DNA of 64,000 nt, taken from the NCBI GenBank assembly GCA_002633005.1, contig NMRA01000813.1, forward strand, positions 37,170-101,169. The letters run 5' to 3'. Below are positions 61,817-64,000 of the stretch, piece after piece (within the stretch, counting starts at the first letter, position 1; every line of letters starts with the position of its first letter). The position numbers and the translations under genes are program-made. The stretch is from Phoronis australis (taxonomy: Eukaryota; Animalia; Phoronida). The notes under the pieces are model-generated. The model was not told the origin of the DNA. It made no database searches and saw nothing but the letters and a program-made list of their open reading frames with translations.

Positions 61817-64000
61817 GGATGGGGCACATGCTTGAGGGGCCATGTCCTCCCAAAGGTTTGCTACAAGGCGTTTTTCTTGATGAATCTTGGCGTCTTCAAG
61901 CTATCAACCCAAGGAACCACATACAGGCATTTCCACTCATTCATGATCACAGAAACTTAGTTTGGGCACGGAAGTAAGAATATGTAGTTACATGAATATT
62001 CGCACATAGAAAATCGCGATTTTTGCTGAGACCGCCGTAACTTTCACAAAGTGTACCAGTTTTATCTTTCTGAAAAATTTAAAGTTCTTCTTTATTATCT
62101 CTGGGATTTTTTGTCACGCGTTTTGCCTTATTAGGATTTGAGCTCAGGCTTAAAAGCCTGGACAAGGAGCATAGGTCATGGAATTTGATAAATGCATGTA
62201 CTCTTTTAGTGCTACAACCTGGTTTGTTGTGTTCGCTTGTTCATAACGTTCCATTCTACCAATAACATTTTTCTAATACACAGTATTGCATTGCGAACTG
62301 CAACCATTGCAACAAAGAAATGAGATCGCTAAAACCACACCCAGTTTGTAAAGTGTATTCCTGTTAACTTTACTTGACAACAGATGAACAGATTCGACTA
62401 CCACTGTGCCCCCAATGGGAATTTGTATTTTTATGTTTGCCTCTGTGTCTCTGGAATTTCATGGTGGATTTTCAGGAAATTTGACATAATAATTTTGTAA
62501 TAGAAACGAAACGACGGCTTCCCAATTGCGGATGTGTTCAACGTATTTTGCGCCATCTAATAGCCATTTTGTGATGCTAAAAGTCCCCTAGAAGCATACC
62601 GTTTGGGGTGCAACCGTGGGCGCATTTCAATTTTCTACGTTGTTCTTGTTTCTTATATGCAGTGCCACAGTACTAGCGTACCATAACTGCAAAGAATTTA
62701 GTTAAGAGGTCGCTAGAATCATGGCTTCATCCTAGTTAGGCACGTCGAAAAAGTTGCCATTCTCAATATTTAATCTGCCGCTTGATGTAATGTTCTCACA
62801 GTTCAAATCTCATCGCATTCGACGTCACTCTCCATTTTGAGAGTCACATGATTTTCCGTAATGACGGATGTTCGCACACCCACAGATGCGTGGAATCACA
62901 TGTAGGGACACCAGCGTGCGTTCCGTAGACTGAGAGGCGAGAATCTCGCAAAAACCCAGGAACACACATGCACAAGACTTCGCGGGATATCGGCATGTGT
63001 TACAAGCGAAGCATGTGACCGCAATAGCGACATTCCTGCGTTTACGAAACCCTCTCCACTTGACGTCCGACCAGATGGCGAGATTGTCTCGTCAACGAGC
63101 CTGCTCCAGCACGCCCCTGGCGTCACCTTGTGACGCTTGGGGCGTTCCATACCTGCTCGCCTTGCACTGTCAAACGTGCCTTGGAAACGAATACCATTTC
63201 GTGAGCCAGCAGAAATGGTCGCTTGACATTGAGACGAATGTCATGCTTTTAGTTTGTGAATACCGCAGGCATGTGGAGAGTCTGGCCGGGTATCAGTAAG
63301 ATAATTCAGGCTAGGGTTAGCTTACGAAGTGAATGGCTTGACACCAGACCCCATTGAGAGAAGCCAAAGCAACGTTTCGTCCTAAAATCGAACCCAATAT
63401 ATGCCTTACCGTTATAGAATTCTATTCTCAAATTTATGACAGTAAAATGAGTAATTCGATTTTCCTCTCTTGTCCATCTAAACACAAGGAAATGCAGCTT
63501 GAAGAGTTGATATTTCTTGCAAGTCCTAGGGTTGGAGTTGATGATTATGTAAAATATTTTGGGAATGGCTCAACAGCAACATTTTCATAAAACCAGTCGA
63601 TATCCTTAGACAGATATATGTTTAAACAACTCTAAGCCTATTCTCCCATTCACTTACGTAGGAAACCCACCTGAATGGGTTTGTTTACTCTAATGGGGCT
63701 ATTCGGAAAATCTACAATAACTAGAGGGCGTGCGTGTACTAGTGGTGATAGATTAACAGCCTCGATATCGCGAGCCCTTTAAATACATGGTGAAATGGCT
63801 TGCAGCCGTGCCAACTGAATCTGAGATTGCGTAAAAAGGGTGCTTCTATGAGAGGAAGTAAGCACGACCTCATACAAAGGTAAGGTTTGTGATTATTTTT
63901 ACGATTATTCCATGATTATTCTACCGATGCCTGTTAACTGAGGCACTCGCCGATGTCGACTTCGCGGCAGTCAGTGGCCAGCCAGAGTCTGGTTAATCTT

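Overview
This is eukaryotic, AT-rich, intron-containing DNA, most likely from a bilaterian invertebrate; that is inferred from GT-AG introns, mosaic CpG depletion and a CTCF-like site. It includes one assembly gap inside a (GGT)n microsatellite. I see no prokaryotic genes, CRISPR array, tRNA or rRNA. Positions 1 to ~45.6 kb look like the very long 5' end of an unidentified minus-strand gene, with several candidate first exons and micro-exons separated by large introns carrying old MITE-like repeats. Those introns alternate at sub-kilobase scale between CpG-free, GC-richer blocks and CpG-retaining, A-tract-rich blocks. Beyond ~44 kb CpG is retained. That part holds a candidate small spliced minus-strand gene (~47 kb), an uninterrupted 2262-codon ORF with no domain I recognise but an N-terminal hydrophobic helix and a repeated SP/beta-strand module (49189-55977), and the first two coding exons of a CNG/HCN/KCNH-superfamily cation channel (58057-61061, continuing beyond the window). 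All calls were made by eye, with no database searches.
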